NCBI RefSeq assembly: GCF_000143415.4 | Contig: NW_003314418.1 | Location: 155,375-219,374, forward strand | From: Selaginella moellendorffii | Taxonomy: Eukaryota > Plantae > Lycopodiophyta | Direction of reading: 5' to 3' | DNA: 64,000 nt | Part shown: piece after piece, positions 37,574 to 50,500 of the stretch | Position numbering within the stretch: the stretch's first letter is position 1 | How the letters are laid out: each line of letters starts with the position of its first letter | Program-made: the position numbers and the translations under genes | The notes under the pieces: model-generated | Seen by the model: the letters and a program-made list of their open reading frames with translations, nothing else | Database searches by the model: none | Told to the model about the DNA's origin: nothing

Positions 37574-38571
37574 TGTAAGCGACTAAATTTTCCATTCTAC
37601 TTTAGTCACTTAACCACACCTCTGACCACTTGGAGGAGTCTCATTCACAACCTCCATAAGTCCAATCCAGGACTTGGGACTTGCTAGCCCCGAGAATGGC
37701 ATCCATGCCACTCAACATTTGCACTTGGTCCAAGTGCTCCACGTGTCCGATCCCATGACCGACACTCAAAGGTACCACCGACATAGCAGCCCGTTACGCT
37801 AAGGCCATGCCCAATCACCTTTGCCACACTGGTAGTCCAATACCACTTGCATCACCGTCTTGGCTCTCCAAGACTAGGCAAACCATCCGTGAGTGGTCAT
37901 CTCGGATCCACTCCTTAGCATCCTTAGGATGCCCACCGACAAAGGGAATAGCCTTCCCCAATATCCCTCTGTCAATCCCCACTAAGTCCCTTTCTACCCC
38001 TAGCCGTGTTTGCCAACACTGCCACTGGATCGAGACCCACAGGCCCGACCACTAAGTCCCACGGTCCTCTGGGACTTCCTCACCACACGACTGTGTCCTT
38101 GGTCACTACCCCAGAGGACTGCTCCTCTTCCTTTCCATAGTCTGGGCCTTTGGGACAACATTTCGGAACACCATGGCCTTACGCGAGCCACCTGGGTACT
38201 CTCCCCTCGCCTTCTGCCCTTGGGTGCTCTAGCCATGGGCTTAGAGCGGGTTCCGTTGAGCCACACCAGGTATCCAAGTAGGTAGTGCCACCCACACTTG
38301 GACTGGGAGCATCGGCCAATCGATCTCCCGGGGGAACTAGAGCCGGCTCTTGAACACTTCACCAAGCTACCCTGCTTGTCGGTCTGTGTTCACTCTAGTC
38401 TTGGACTTCCCAGTGGGCAGCTCATCACCCAACACTGGGTCCGGCCTTCCTGGGCCAAACTGGCCTTTCCTGGCCAAACTGGCTCCACTGCAGTCCTCCC
38501 CCTACTATACTTTTGGAGCTCACCAAACCCCCCAGGGTCTGGGAGACGAACGCTTTGGGCTTTCACCCTCT

Positions 38572-38700
38572 CAGACTCGAACTCAGACTCGGACTCGGAC
38601 TCGGACTCGGACTCGGACTCGGACTCGGACTCGGACTCGGACTCGGACTCGGTCTCGGGCTCGGTCTCGGCCTCGGCCTCGGTCTCGTTCTCGGTCCCGA

Positions 38701-38738
<38 letters not shown>

Positions 38739-39212
38739 CCGGTCTCGGTCTCGAATTCGGACTGCATCTCGGACTCCATCTCGGACTCCATCTTGGGTCC
38801 ATCTCGGACTCCATCTCGGGTCCATCTCGGACTCCATTTCGGGTCCATCTCGGACTCCATCTCGGGTCCATCTCGGACTCCATCTCGGACTCCATCTCGG
38901 ACTCCATTTCGGGTCCATCTCGGGTCCACCTCAGACTCCATCTCAGACTCCATCTCAGACTCCATTTCGGGTCCATCTCAGGTCCACCTCGGACTCCATC
39001 TCGGACTCCATCTCGGGTCTATCTCGGGTCCACTTCGGACTCCATCTCGAACTCCATCTCGGGTCCATCTCGGGTCCACCTCGGACTCCATTTCGGCGTC
39101 CAACTCGGGTCCATCTCGGACTCCAACTCGAGTCCATCTCGAACTCCACTTCGGACTCCAACTCGAGTCCATCTCGGACTCCACTTCGGACTCCAACTCG
39201 AGTCCATCTCGG
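38572..39212. repeat. Tandem array in 3' LTR of C: (TCGGAC)n, (TCGGTC)n, then 12/11-mer CTCGGACTCCAT / CTCGGGTCCAT
   Basis: Directly visible; 11 TC(A/G)GAC units at 38583-38648. Confidence 0.97.
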
Positions 39213-42200
39213 ACACTTCCATGTGTCATGTGTTGGTCCTTTTGGGTCCCTTTTTGGAGCCTCGCTTTTTGCTCGCTTCGTGCTCGTTCCTCGAGCACTT
39301 CGTTGGGAGTTCCACTCCCGCTCTTGACTTTTCAAGTCGGAGCTTTTGGTCCAAACGTGTTACGCTCATTTGGCTCTCACTTCAGCCACTACCACGTGGC
39401 ACCCTTTCCGGCTCCACTTTGGGGCCTAGAGATTTTGTGTCTCACAACTCCACCACCCATAGACGAAGTTCGATGTCCTCATTGAACGGTAAACCATTTT
39501 GTAAAGTAACACTCGCATGTGTTACCATTTCCATCCTTGGCACCTAGCCAATATTTGTCAATGGTTTGACATTGAAGGCTTACCATGCCTTTTGCATATG
39601 CCTCAATGGTTTGACACCAAAGGCTCACCATGCCTTGCCTATCCTCTAAGGAGGGTAGTCTCTCCAACTTAGAGACTGATTGGACCACATGTAGTGGTTC
39701 TCTCCTTTTATTGGTTTAGTTCTCGCTAAACCTCTTAGAGACCCTTCTCTAAGTCAATCCCACTACTCCTTCTCGAGTAGTCTCAATTTCCATCTATTGA
39801 ATTTTTGCACCTTGGAACTTTTACTCTTTTGACTTTTGGAAGTCAATTTCCTAGGTGTCTCCAACACCTTGCATTGCACAGATTGTGCAACTCCACTTCC
39901 CTATCCTAGGAAGTTCATTACTTGAGGGCACCATCATCCTCTCTTCTATTTCGTGCCACCTTGGGCACTAAGTTCCATTTATCACACTTTGTGCTAGGGT
40001 TGTCTATCGCCCTATCATTTGGCTACCTTACCGCTTCCTCCCTTGGAGCTTCCACTTTCGCCAAATTGGAGCAATTCGGAATCCATCCTTGGAAACACAC
40101 TTCCTTTCCCGCAATTTGTTAGCGTCCAACACATTAGTGTTCCTCGCCTAACTTTGTCACTTGGATTCCTTCCAAGGAATTCCACGGCCCTATCTTGGCC
40201 ACTCATCTTTTGCTCCTATCCATTGATTGTTGCACCAAGCAACATCGAATCTCTACCTCCCTCCTTGAGGTGTTCTTTTGATTCCATAGCAAAGGCTCTG
40301 CTTTGCCAAGACTAGGGTGTTCACCCCTAGTAAGTCTCTTTTAGCATCTTCTGCTGTGGGCTCTATCCTCGGCCCAACTTTGTGACCCTCTCATGGGTCT
40401 CTTTAGAGACTACTTTCCTTGGACACACTGTGCCATCGCAATGACATAGCTCATTTCCCTAAGGTGTTTTTCCCACTTGGTCACCTTGACCAAGCCACAC
40501 CATCATCAATAGTTCAAATCAACACTTTGAACTAGGAAACTTATTCCTTAACCCAAACAAGGACCTTGTCCTTATTCAGCCACAAGATCACCTAGTGATC
40601 TCACCTCGGCACCTTAACAGGTTTGCCAATAGGTACTAGGTCTTCCAGACCTTTAACTTGTTAACTACGACCCCGGGGGCATCCCCCACACTTGGCGGTG
40701 CACCCAAGCCAGCCCTTCCGGCCAAAGGTCCATAGCAACTGAGATTAGGTGTCCCCATCTCACTCACCACGTCCTTGGTGCCACTTGCACCAAAGCGTTC
40801 AAGTTAGATATGCCGAGTTTTCACACTAAACAATCTAACCGTGCATCATGACTCCGAGGCATCCCTCGCTTGGCGGTGTGCCCAAACCAGTCTCCCCACT
40901 GAGAGTCCATGACCACCGAAATATGAGTGTCCTCATATTCCAAACCATCACCATACCCTAGTGATTTGGGATTCGAACCCAAGCTCCGTATATGCATCTA
41001 CGGACGGCATCACACAAGATGCCTGGCGTGACTCCCCACGCCGGTGCACCAACTTATTTTTAAAGCGCGCTACAGATCACAGCTTAGGAACCTAGTTCCC
41101 CCACACTGCCAAGTCCTCTCACTTGACATATCTGTGATCATGCATGGACTCCTCCATGCTTGGCCCCATGGGCCACCCTTTTTGAAGTTAGCACCTTCAA
41201 CTAGGGTATTTGTTCCCCCCAACTTGCCAATCTCACTTAGCAAGTCATCCGGCCACCGTAACATGGTTCATGCATAAGCGTGGAAGTCCTTAACCATCAA
41301 CTTTCGTTCAAAGCCCTCTCTTTGAACACTCGGGAACTACTTCCCTAACCTTGACAGCCTTGCCTCATGGCAAGCTTCAAGACCACGCTTCTGCTGCGCC
41401 ACTCTGATTTTGCGCGTTCTATGAACCATTTACACTTGGCCTTTCTAGGTACTAAGTTACCTAGAATCGTCTTTGGGAACCTTGAAGGAACTCTGTCCCT
41501 TAGCTTGCTAAGGCCTCCCTTTTTGCAAGCTTTCCAATTGCCACATAGTCTAACATGGACAATTCCATATTTTAGACTCTCCATGGCATCACGGTTGCTA
41601 GCAACAACATCCTCGAGCACCCTCTTGATTCTCCACTCCCAACTTGCATAACCACTGTGGGATATGCCCTTTGATTTCTATGGTTCAGTTCCATCCCAAT
41701 ATTACTTGCCTTTTGGCTCCATATGTTTCCTTTGGTTATTCTCCTCCAGACCAGGAGGATAGCTTTGCACTTTCTATCATGCCTTAGCAAGTATTCTTAG
41801 GGATGAACCTACCCAATAGCCCAAGGAGTGGTTCCTCAATCCGGGTATGCTCACCTTATAATCCCACACACTGGGATTACATTGTTGCTTCTAGGCCTTT
41901 ACATACCCATCACTAGCCTTGCCAAAATTCCATTTTTGGCTTTGTCCAACTCGGGTAGACAGTCCTCTCTTGTCTTCGCAACCTTGGACATTTGGATAGC
42001 ACCTTCTATCCATCATTCGCTAGGGACTTAGTCCCTTGGGCTTTATCCATTGCCCTCGCGACATCAAACACCACCTTCTGGTGTTCTAGAGTGTTCGGGT
42101 GTCCCAATGATGGCTTTCTTGACAATGAGTATTTCCTTTTATGACATTGACTTACTATATCGCAACACAAGCAACTTATCCCCCGTAAGGGTATATCTAA

Positions 42201-44524
42201 CTTCCTTATGCCATTAAGAAGTCTTGGGTAGCTACCTTCTACCCATTTAACCAATTATCTTGCGCCTCTTGCTTAGTTGCCCCATAATTGTCAAGTCCTA
42301 CAACTCATTGCTTGGTGCTTCCACACCTCCATCATTATCCGGGTCACCACACTCTAACCGCATGCCTTCCAGCTTAGGCTATGCCATTCCCATTTCCATT
42401 GGGATTCCTTTGGACGGGGTTCTCATGAACCCGCCAACTTGACCTCAAGGCAGCACGCCTTGGCACCTTCGGTGTCTCCACACTATCGGCTTCACGAGCT
42501 TACCCCTATGACACTTCTTCTTTGTGTCTAAGTCTTTGCCAAGACCAATACCGCTCTTTTTCATACCAACCATCTGTTAGCACTGCACCATAGAGGTCAC
42601 ACACAACTTTGTGTCAAAGTTGTTTTCTTTTTGGGAACACCTTTCCCACGACTTTAGCATGGCACATTTTGCCATCAATGAGATACCCTCTGTTCTCATC
42701 CTTGGATCCTATGATCCCCCCCATCCTTCGTGGGGTACAACACACCTCAATCCAAATGCTTCCATCAGTCCTAATAGGACCATCCCTTGACTCTACTTGA
42801 GTCATCCAGCAGTTTTGGACTTGGTTAATCCACAGACCCTTAAGGTCCTACTTGTGAGGCACTAGCTCACTGGAATACACTTCTGGCATTCCTGTCCTAC
42901 TCAAAAGGACTATTTTCACAAGTGTTACTCCGACACTTGATTTTGTTCTCCGGGGGCAACTTTTGCCCCTTAGGACTACTTGTCCATGCGATGAGAATAC
43001 CACTCATCTCTAAGTACACCCCCCAACTCCTTGGGTTGTTCCAGCATTTATTAAAGGTAGCCCCGGCTACCATTTCAAGGACTTGAGTCCTCTTCCGTAT
43101 TTGACCTCCTACGGTCATTACCTCTAGTCTCACATTTATGAGTACCAACCTCAACTATATGAGGATAATCTTGTGACTCCTTTATTGTTTTGGAGTCTCT
43201 ATCTTTCCCGTGATCCCAACTTTAGTTGTTTACCACAACAACCTTAGCCAATTTGCTGAGACAAATGCTCATTCGGATCACATCCTCAACTCAATGAGGA
43301 AAACCTTGCACTGTTCCCAAGATCCCAAAGTCGTTCCACTATTGGCCCTTTTCTATCCACCACCTCGTCTACAAGTTCACACATGAACTGTAATGGAGAG
43401 CCATGTCTTCCCGACTTGCTACTCCTCAAGGATAGGCCCACTCCTCGGACCTTCCGATGCCAACACTAGTGGTGATATACTTGAGCACCAATAAAAGTCG
43501 GACTAAGGAACAGCTCCGATACCAAATTGTAAGGGACTAAATTTTCCATTCTACTTTAGTCACTTAACCACACCTCTGACCACTTGGAGGAGTCTCATTC
43601 ACAACCTCCATAAGTCCAATCCAGGACTTGGGACTTGCTAGCCCCGAGAATGGCATCCATGCCACTCAACATTTGCACTTGGTCCAAGTGCTCCACGTGT
43701 CCGATCCCATGACCGACACTCAAAGGTACCACCGACATAGCAGCCCGTTACGCTAAGGCCATGCCCAATCACCTTTGCCACACTGGTAGTCCAATACCAC
43801 TTGCATCACCGTCTTGGCTATCCAAGACTAGGCAAACCATCCGTGAGTGGTCATCTCGGATCCACTCCTTAGCATCCTTAGGATGCCCACCGACAAAGGG
43901 AATAGCCTTCCCCAATATCCCTCTGTCAATCCCCACTAAGTCCCTTTCTGCCCCTAGCCGTGTTTGCCAACACTGCCACTGGATCGAGACCCACAGGCCC
44001 GACCACTAAGTCCCACGGTCCTCTGAGACTTCCTCACCACACGACTGTGTCCTTGGTCACTACCCCAGAGGACTGCTCCTCTTCCTTTCCACAGTCTGGG
44101 CCTTTGGGACAACATTTCGGAACACCGTGGCCTTACGCGAGCCACCTGGGTACTCTCCCCTCGCCTTCTGCCCTTGGGTGCTCTAGCCATGGGCTTAGAG
44201 CGGGTTCCGTTGAGCCACACCAGGTATCCAAGTAGGTAGTGCCACCCACACTTGGACTGGGAGCATCGGCCAATCGATCTCCCGGGGGAACTAGAGCCGG
44301 CTCTTGAACACTTCACCAAGCTACCCTGCTTGTCGGTCTGTGTTCACTCTAGTCTTGGACTTCCCAGTGGGCAGCTCATCACCCAACACTGGGTCCGGCC
44401 TTCCTGGGCCAAACTGGCCTTTCCTGGCCAAACTGGCTCCACTGCAGTCCTCCCCCTACTATACTTTTGGAGCTCACCAAACCCCCCAGGGTCTGGGAGA
44501 CGAACGCTTTGGGCTTTCACCCTC

Positions 44525-44666
44525 TCAGACTCGAACTCAGACTCGGACTCGGACTCGGACTCGGACTCGGACTCGGACTCGGACTCGGACTCGGACTCGG
44601 ACTCGGACTCGGACTCGGGCTCGGGCTCGGTCTCGGCCTCGGCCTCGGTCTCGTTCTCGGTCCCGA

Positions 44667-44704
<38 letters not shown>

Positions 44705-45202
44705 CCGGTCTCGGTCTCGACTTCGGACTCCATCTCAGACTCCATCTCGGACTCCATCTTGGGTCCATCTCGGACTCCATCTCGGGTCCATCTCGGACTC
44801 CATTTCGGGTCCATCTCAGACTCCATCTCGGGTCCATCTTGGACTCCATCTCGGACTCCATCTCGGACTCCATTTCGGGTCCATCTCAGGTCCACCTCAG
44901 ACTCCACCTCGGACTCCATCTCGGGTCTATCTCGGGTCCACTTCGGACTCCATCTCGAACTCCATCTCGGGTCCATCTTGGGTCCACCTCGGACTCCATC
45001 TCGGACTCCATCTCGGGTCCATCTCGGGTCCACCTCGGACTCCATCTCGGACTCCATCTCGGACTCCATTTCGGACTCCAACTCGGGTCCATCTCGGACT
45101 CCACTTCGGACTCCAACTCGGGTCCATCTCGAACTCCACTTCGGACTTCAACTCGAGTCCATCTCGGACTCCACTTCGGACTCCAACTCGAGTCCATCTC
45201 GG
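44525..45202. repeat. Same tandem array in 5' LTR of C
   Basis: 13 TC(A/G)GAC units at 44537-44614. The 11/12-mer block is longer and differently ordered. Confidence 0.97.
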
Positions 45203-46887
45203 ACACTTCCACGTGTCATGTGTTGGTCCTTTTGGGTCCCTTTTTGGAGCCTCGCTTTTTGCTCGCTTCATGCTCGTTCCTCGAGCACTTCGTTGGGAGT
45301 TCCACTCCCGCTCTTGACTTTTCAAGTCGGAGCTTTTGGTCCAAACGTGTTACGCTCGTTTGGCTCTCGCTTCAGCCACTACCACGTGGCACCCTTTCCG
45401 GCTCCACTTTGGGGTCTAGGGATTTTGTGTCTCACAGGTGGTTTCGGAGGCTTGAACTTTGAAATTTGTGCAACCAAAGGTGGTTGCAGAACTTCATCGT
45501 CCTCAGAATTTGAAGAGGACTCTGGTTGCTTAGGTTTAGCTGGTTTAGCTGCCTCAGCTTCTTTCTTCCTCTTTTTGTTCTCCTTCAATTTGCGAATCTC
45601 CTTTCACAAATTCTCGATCTCGACTTCCTGAGCAGTACATTGCAGTGCCGCAGCATCTGGCTCTTCCTCTTCTGACTCGACCTCAGCCTCTTCCGCAGCA
45701 TCTCTAGCAAGAGTTTCCTCCTCTCGATTCGCCCATCTAGAGGTTTCAGCGTCATCAGCACAGTTGCTTTTCACCATCCCGCTAGCTGCATGCATGCCTC
45801 TATTAGTAACTAAACATGCATACAACATTCTTAGCGAATGGTGCAATCCAGCTCATCCTACACAGGTTGCTTTGGATCTATTAAAAATTTCTCTATATAT
45901 GCAACTTAAGTCAGAAAATCCGACAAAAGTTGGATAGAAATCGCTGAGACAATTCCTTTGATACCAAATGTAGCGCACATGAATTTGGAGCTGAACTCCA
46001 AGCCCATTGCACTACAAAACGAGGGTCTGGTACAATCCCACAAGCACCAGCTCCTCGTATCCAGCACCTACATGCAAAATGATGTTAGACGAAGTCTGGC
46101 ACAATTTTGGCATACCGGTGGCCTAACATGAGGAGGAGGGTACCCCACCGACTAGAGCAACATGGAGCTTGGGCTTAGATCTAAGCCAAACGTAGAACAA
46201 GGAGCAACACAGCTTAGCGGAAGCTAAACTAATGTCTTAGGTGGTCAGACATGCATTCTAACCACTATCCCTACTATACATTAGGAACCCCCCAACACCC
46301 CCCCCCTCCCCTTGAGAAACACACACTTTGGGCTTTCACCCTAAGCCTCCCTTAGTACTAGGAGTTAGTCTTTGGGACAAGCTCAAAACTTACTAAATAT
46401 GGAATGGCTTTAGATTGCGAATTTGGATATGGGATGAACACCATCGTGTTCAGGTTGATCTTTACATTCTGTAGATATGCTAAATGAGCGAATCTAGACA
46501 CTTTCTATAAATAACACTTAGGACCAAAATGAGACTAACACAAAGGGCGTAATAGCGAGGGTGTTTGGCAGACACGGTAAGCTATCATCTAGCGATATTG
46601 AGGGACTAGTCTCAATACGCAAGGGTTCTTGCCAAGCCAGTGCAAGACAGAGCAAAAGAGAACTAACAAGCTAGGCCAAGTATGCTTAGCTAAATAGACA
46701 CTTAGAAATTCCTTCCTTATGCTCATTCGGCCAAGTACAGATGCTAAGTCTAGTTAACACTTAGACAAAAGGGGTTAATAAAGGGAATCAGTAGTACCGA
46801 CCTTCTACTATCATGGCAATAAGGAAAGAGTGCCCATAAGGACTGGCCGACAAGTATCTTTCAATACCCGAAGTCACATTTGCAACA

Positions 46888-47150
46888 CTCTCGGGTATCG
46901 CATCAAACACCGCCTTGCTCGATCCAATCCGCCTGCAATTGCCCAACTCCTTGACCATCACAGTGGAGGAAACTATGTCCCGCACCACCATCCAATCGAA
47001 CACTGCCTTGGCCTCGTCTAGATGCCCACTCTTGGCATATGCACTCGCAAGCACTGTCCACGACACGATGTTCTTGGCTGGCAATGCATCAAAGATCCTT
47101 CTCGATTCCTCCAAATGCCCACACCGCGCGTAGACAATCAGTGTTTCCAT
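46888..47150 (-). pseudogene. Duplicated 5' half of the PPR pseudogene, truncated by the LTR of B
   Basis: METLIVYARCGHLEESRRIFDALPAKNIVSW... matches 8278-8540. Confidence 0.9.
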
Positions 47151-47552
47151 ACATAATATCTATGCTGATTACTTATGATTAGTAAACACAAGTATAAGAG
47201 ACTTGCTATAATGAAACTTCAAACAATTAAACACTGAATAGAGGAAATTGCTAAGCCAAAGTCCACCAAGATCATCACATTTATACTATTTACAACTCCA
47301 GCAAAAACAAACATAAACTACTCATCCTCCATTAATTCTATATTGCATGTTATGAAAGAGAGTGGAGGAAAGAGAATAGGAGGACTTTTGTTATTTGTTG
47401 GTGATAGAGAAGAAGCACAAGAAATAGAATTCCTATTATCCATAAATGTCGAAAGAGAATAAGAATATTTTTTAGTATATTATTGATATTTGGCAAAAGT
47501 TCCAGTGTTATGTCCCCATCCATGACATTCCTCACATCATGAACAACAATTG

Positions 47553-50500
47553 TCTTATGACACGGCACGAAAAGTCAACAATCTAATCTTCCTAAACTAG
47601 ATTATGCCTCCTTTTGAAGTTCTTCACCGCCCAACCACCCCCGAGCTACCTCAAAAGGTCCTTGCACCACCGCTCCACAATGAGCCCTAGGGTATGTTAA
47701 ATTCTTTACCTTAACATGCCTTGATAAACCCTTGAGCCTCCCTTTGACTGATGTTAACCACGTGATCAAAGCTGGCAACTAACAATTCTTCCCCCAAAAA
47801 AATTCCTTGTCCCAAGGATGAGTTGTACCAGATTTCACCCTTTTTGGGGAACTTTGCTCAAGCTCTTGATCCATCTTCTATAGCTGTATACATCAGGGAG
47901 GCATTGAGCCCGGCACTCCGAGATAGTATACCTTTCAACTGGCTAACATAAAATACTAGATGAATTTTCACCCGAACTGGCAGCTGCACCCGATAAGCCA
48001 CCTTACCGATGCGCTCCAGCACTTCATATGGGCTAGCATACCAATGAGAAAGTTTATCACTCTTCCCATTTTGCAAAGGCACTAAAGTGTTCCACTACTC
48101 ACTTGACGGAAAAATCACTCGCACAAAAATGAGATCACCCATTTTATATTCCTGGAATTGGCAATACTCATTAGCAAACTTCTCCGCTCTATCCTGAGTT
48201 GCTTGCAAATTCCATTTGCACACCACCAAAATCTTATCAAGTTCCGTGGCCAAATCAATCGCCTTTGAATCAAACTTTTCTTGAACATCCTTACTCAAAT
48301 GCAATTCCAATTCCACAACTGTTTGAGGATGCCTTCCAAACATGGCAAAGTAAGGACTTACCTTAGTTCCACTGTGTTGGCTATTGCTGTAAGCAAATTG
48401 CACCAATGAAAAATATAGATCCCACTGTCCTTGCTTTTGACTAATGCTATAGCATAGCATATCTTCCACCACTTGATTCACACGCTCGATTTGCCCATTT
48501 GTCTAAAGATGATCTCCACTCAAGAGTTTCAAAGTCATTTGCATAGCTTTCGTAAAGCTGTTTCAAAATCCACTAGTGAACTTTGAATCTCGATTGTTAA
48601 CGATGTCCTCCAGCAAACCAAAATCAAGAAAAACCTTCTCCAAGTAGACCACAACCAAGTCTAAGGCAGTGACACTCTTCTGAAGGTTGTCCCTTTTGCA
48701 TGAGAACTCCTCCCAGTGTATAACCACTCACATCACATATCACCTCATAAGGTTTTGATGGATCAGCAATGTGAAGCACTGGAGCCTCACTCAACAACCG
48801 TTTCAATGCCACAAAACTATCCTCATGTGTTTTCTTCCACTCGAATAGCACGTTCTTATGCAACAATCATGTAAAAGGAATAGCCACCTCTGCAAACTTA
48901 TGCTTAAAATGTTGGTAGTAACTAGCCATACCAAGGAAACTACGTAACTTAGCCACTGAAGTTGGTGTAAGTTAGTTCTCCACCACAGCCACCTTCCTTG
49001 GACCCGTCTTGACACCCTTGGATGTCATAATATGGTTTAAATATTCCACCTCCGACTTTGCAAACTTATATTTGCTCTTCTTCACATGAAGTTTGTTGTT
49101 ATGGAGTAACAAAAGAATCTTGCACAAATGCACCTTATGCTCTTCCATATTTTTGCTGAAATGGACGTTGGTAAATTGGCTATGCCCCTAGCTTCAACGT
49201 AATTCTATGCTCCACACCTCGTAATGGAGGCAATCTATGAGGAAGTTTAGAGGGAAAAACATCAAAGAACTCTTCGAGTATAGTCTGCACTACTGCCTCT
49301 CCTCCACATGTGGTTTGGTTCCCCAAGTCATAAATAAACAATAAGTAATTCAAAAGTGTTTTTCCATTACGATAAACCCGCTTCAAAGATATAGTAGAAA
49401 ACATAACTAAAGGTTGAACTCCCTCTTCAAACCACACATCTTTTATGCCACTGTACTCCAACAAGACACGTTTAATACTCCACTTTATCTCTAGATCCAC
49501 CTTCACAAACTATGACATCCCAAAAATGAGATCCACACGATGAAGATCCATGAGATAAAAAGTCTCTATAAGTGTGGTTTTGCCAACCAACACTTCCAAC
49601 CCTTCTACACAAATATCGAAATACCAAGTAAAGGTAGTTGCACCTTCTACCATATATGGAAGAACTTCTCGTGTCACTAGGCCATGCTCCTCAACAAACT
49701 TTGTGGAAACAAAGTTGTCATCACTCCCACTGTCTAGTAAAATTCACAGTGGACTGCCATGGAACATGCCCTCCAGCAAGCTGATGCACGAGTGTCCTTG
49801 ACCTTCATCTTGTTCCACACATAGTTAAGTTGACAAGCAACAATCAAAAGCTTCTTCCTCCAACCGCTTGCAACTTTTTAATATCTAACTTACCATTAGT
49901 AGAAGATTGGCCATTCTTGTTGCTATGTTATTTGCTCTTCACTGTGGACAATCAGCCTTGTAGTGTCTTAGTTCGCTGCAATGATGACAACTTTGTCTAT
50001 AATTCTTCATAAAGAATTTTTGCTTCTTTGACCACTCTGTACCTGAAGTAGCCACCATAGACTTCAGCTTGTGATGTTTATTCCCATTCTAGTGTCCACA
50101 ATAATCATCACGTCGATTCTCAACAGAAAGACTCTTCGAACGCTTGTGAGACTTATATTTATCATTGTCAAGTCGACCAACAGTATCAAAGAGCTCCTCT
50201 AAACTCTTTGTACATTGAGAATGACGCAAGTGTTGCCACATGCTCTCACTATGAAGGCCATCAATGAAGTAGGATTTATTCTGATCTGGATCCTTCGTTA
50301 GAACACGGCTAATTAAACAAGTCAACTTCTCAATATAATCCCCAAGCTTCATTTTCCCTTGCTGAAAATGTTAAAGTTCGGTGTGAGCATTCTCCTCGTC
50401 ATAGTGAAGTGTAAAACATAAATGGAAAGCAGCCTTAAACTCATCTATCATAGACACTAATGGTTTTTTATCCACAGCACAAGACTCCTCAAGCCAATTC

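Larger units (their letters stand above)
37574..45436 (-). mobile_element. Young non-autonomous LTR retroelement C (LARD-like), nested in gag of B
   Basis: LTRs 37574-39446 (1873 bp) and 43528-45436 (1909 bp), TG..CA, about 12 substitutions outside the arrays. Perfect TSD GGTGG (37569-37573 and 45437-45441). PBS TTTGGTATCGGAGC (reverse complement at 43513-43526). The 4.1-kb interior has no recognisable gag-pol. Confidence 0.93.
31507..46887 (-). mobile_element. Chromovirus-type Ty3/gypsy element B (degenerate; contains nested element C)
   Basis: 3' LTR 31507-32647 with PPT AAGGGGGGAGAG. 5' LTR 45969-46887 with PBS TTTGGTATCAAAGG. gag split by C, then CFHCGELGHRSSEC, INTGATHS protease, [18 protein letters not shown], RNaseH CDASSYAI, integrase, and chromodomain EYEVEAILG..EYLVKWKDY. 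Confidence 0.9.

Noticed and set aside
38765-39212. Possible CRISPR-like array
   Set aside because: Units are contiguous with no unique spacers, there are no cas genes, and the context is a eukaryotic LTR.
38298-39547. Long overlapping ORFs with SD, RS/RT and LG repeats (also 44252-45631) resembling SR or SD-repeat proteins
   Set aside because: The tandem units contain no stop codon in any frame, so ORFs appear in all six frames. They lie inside LTRs and are an artefact.
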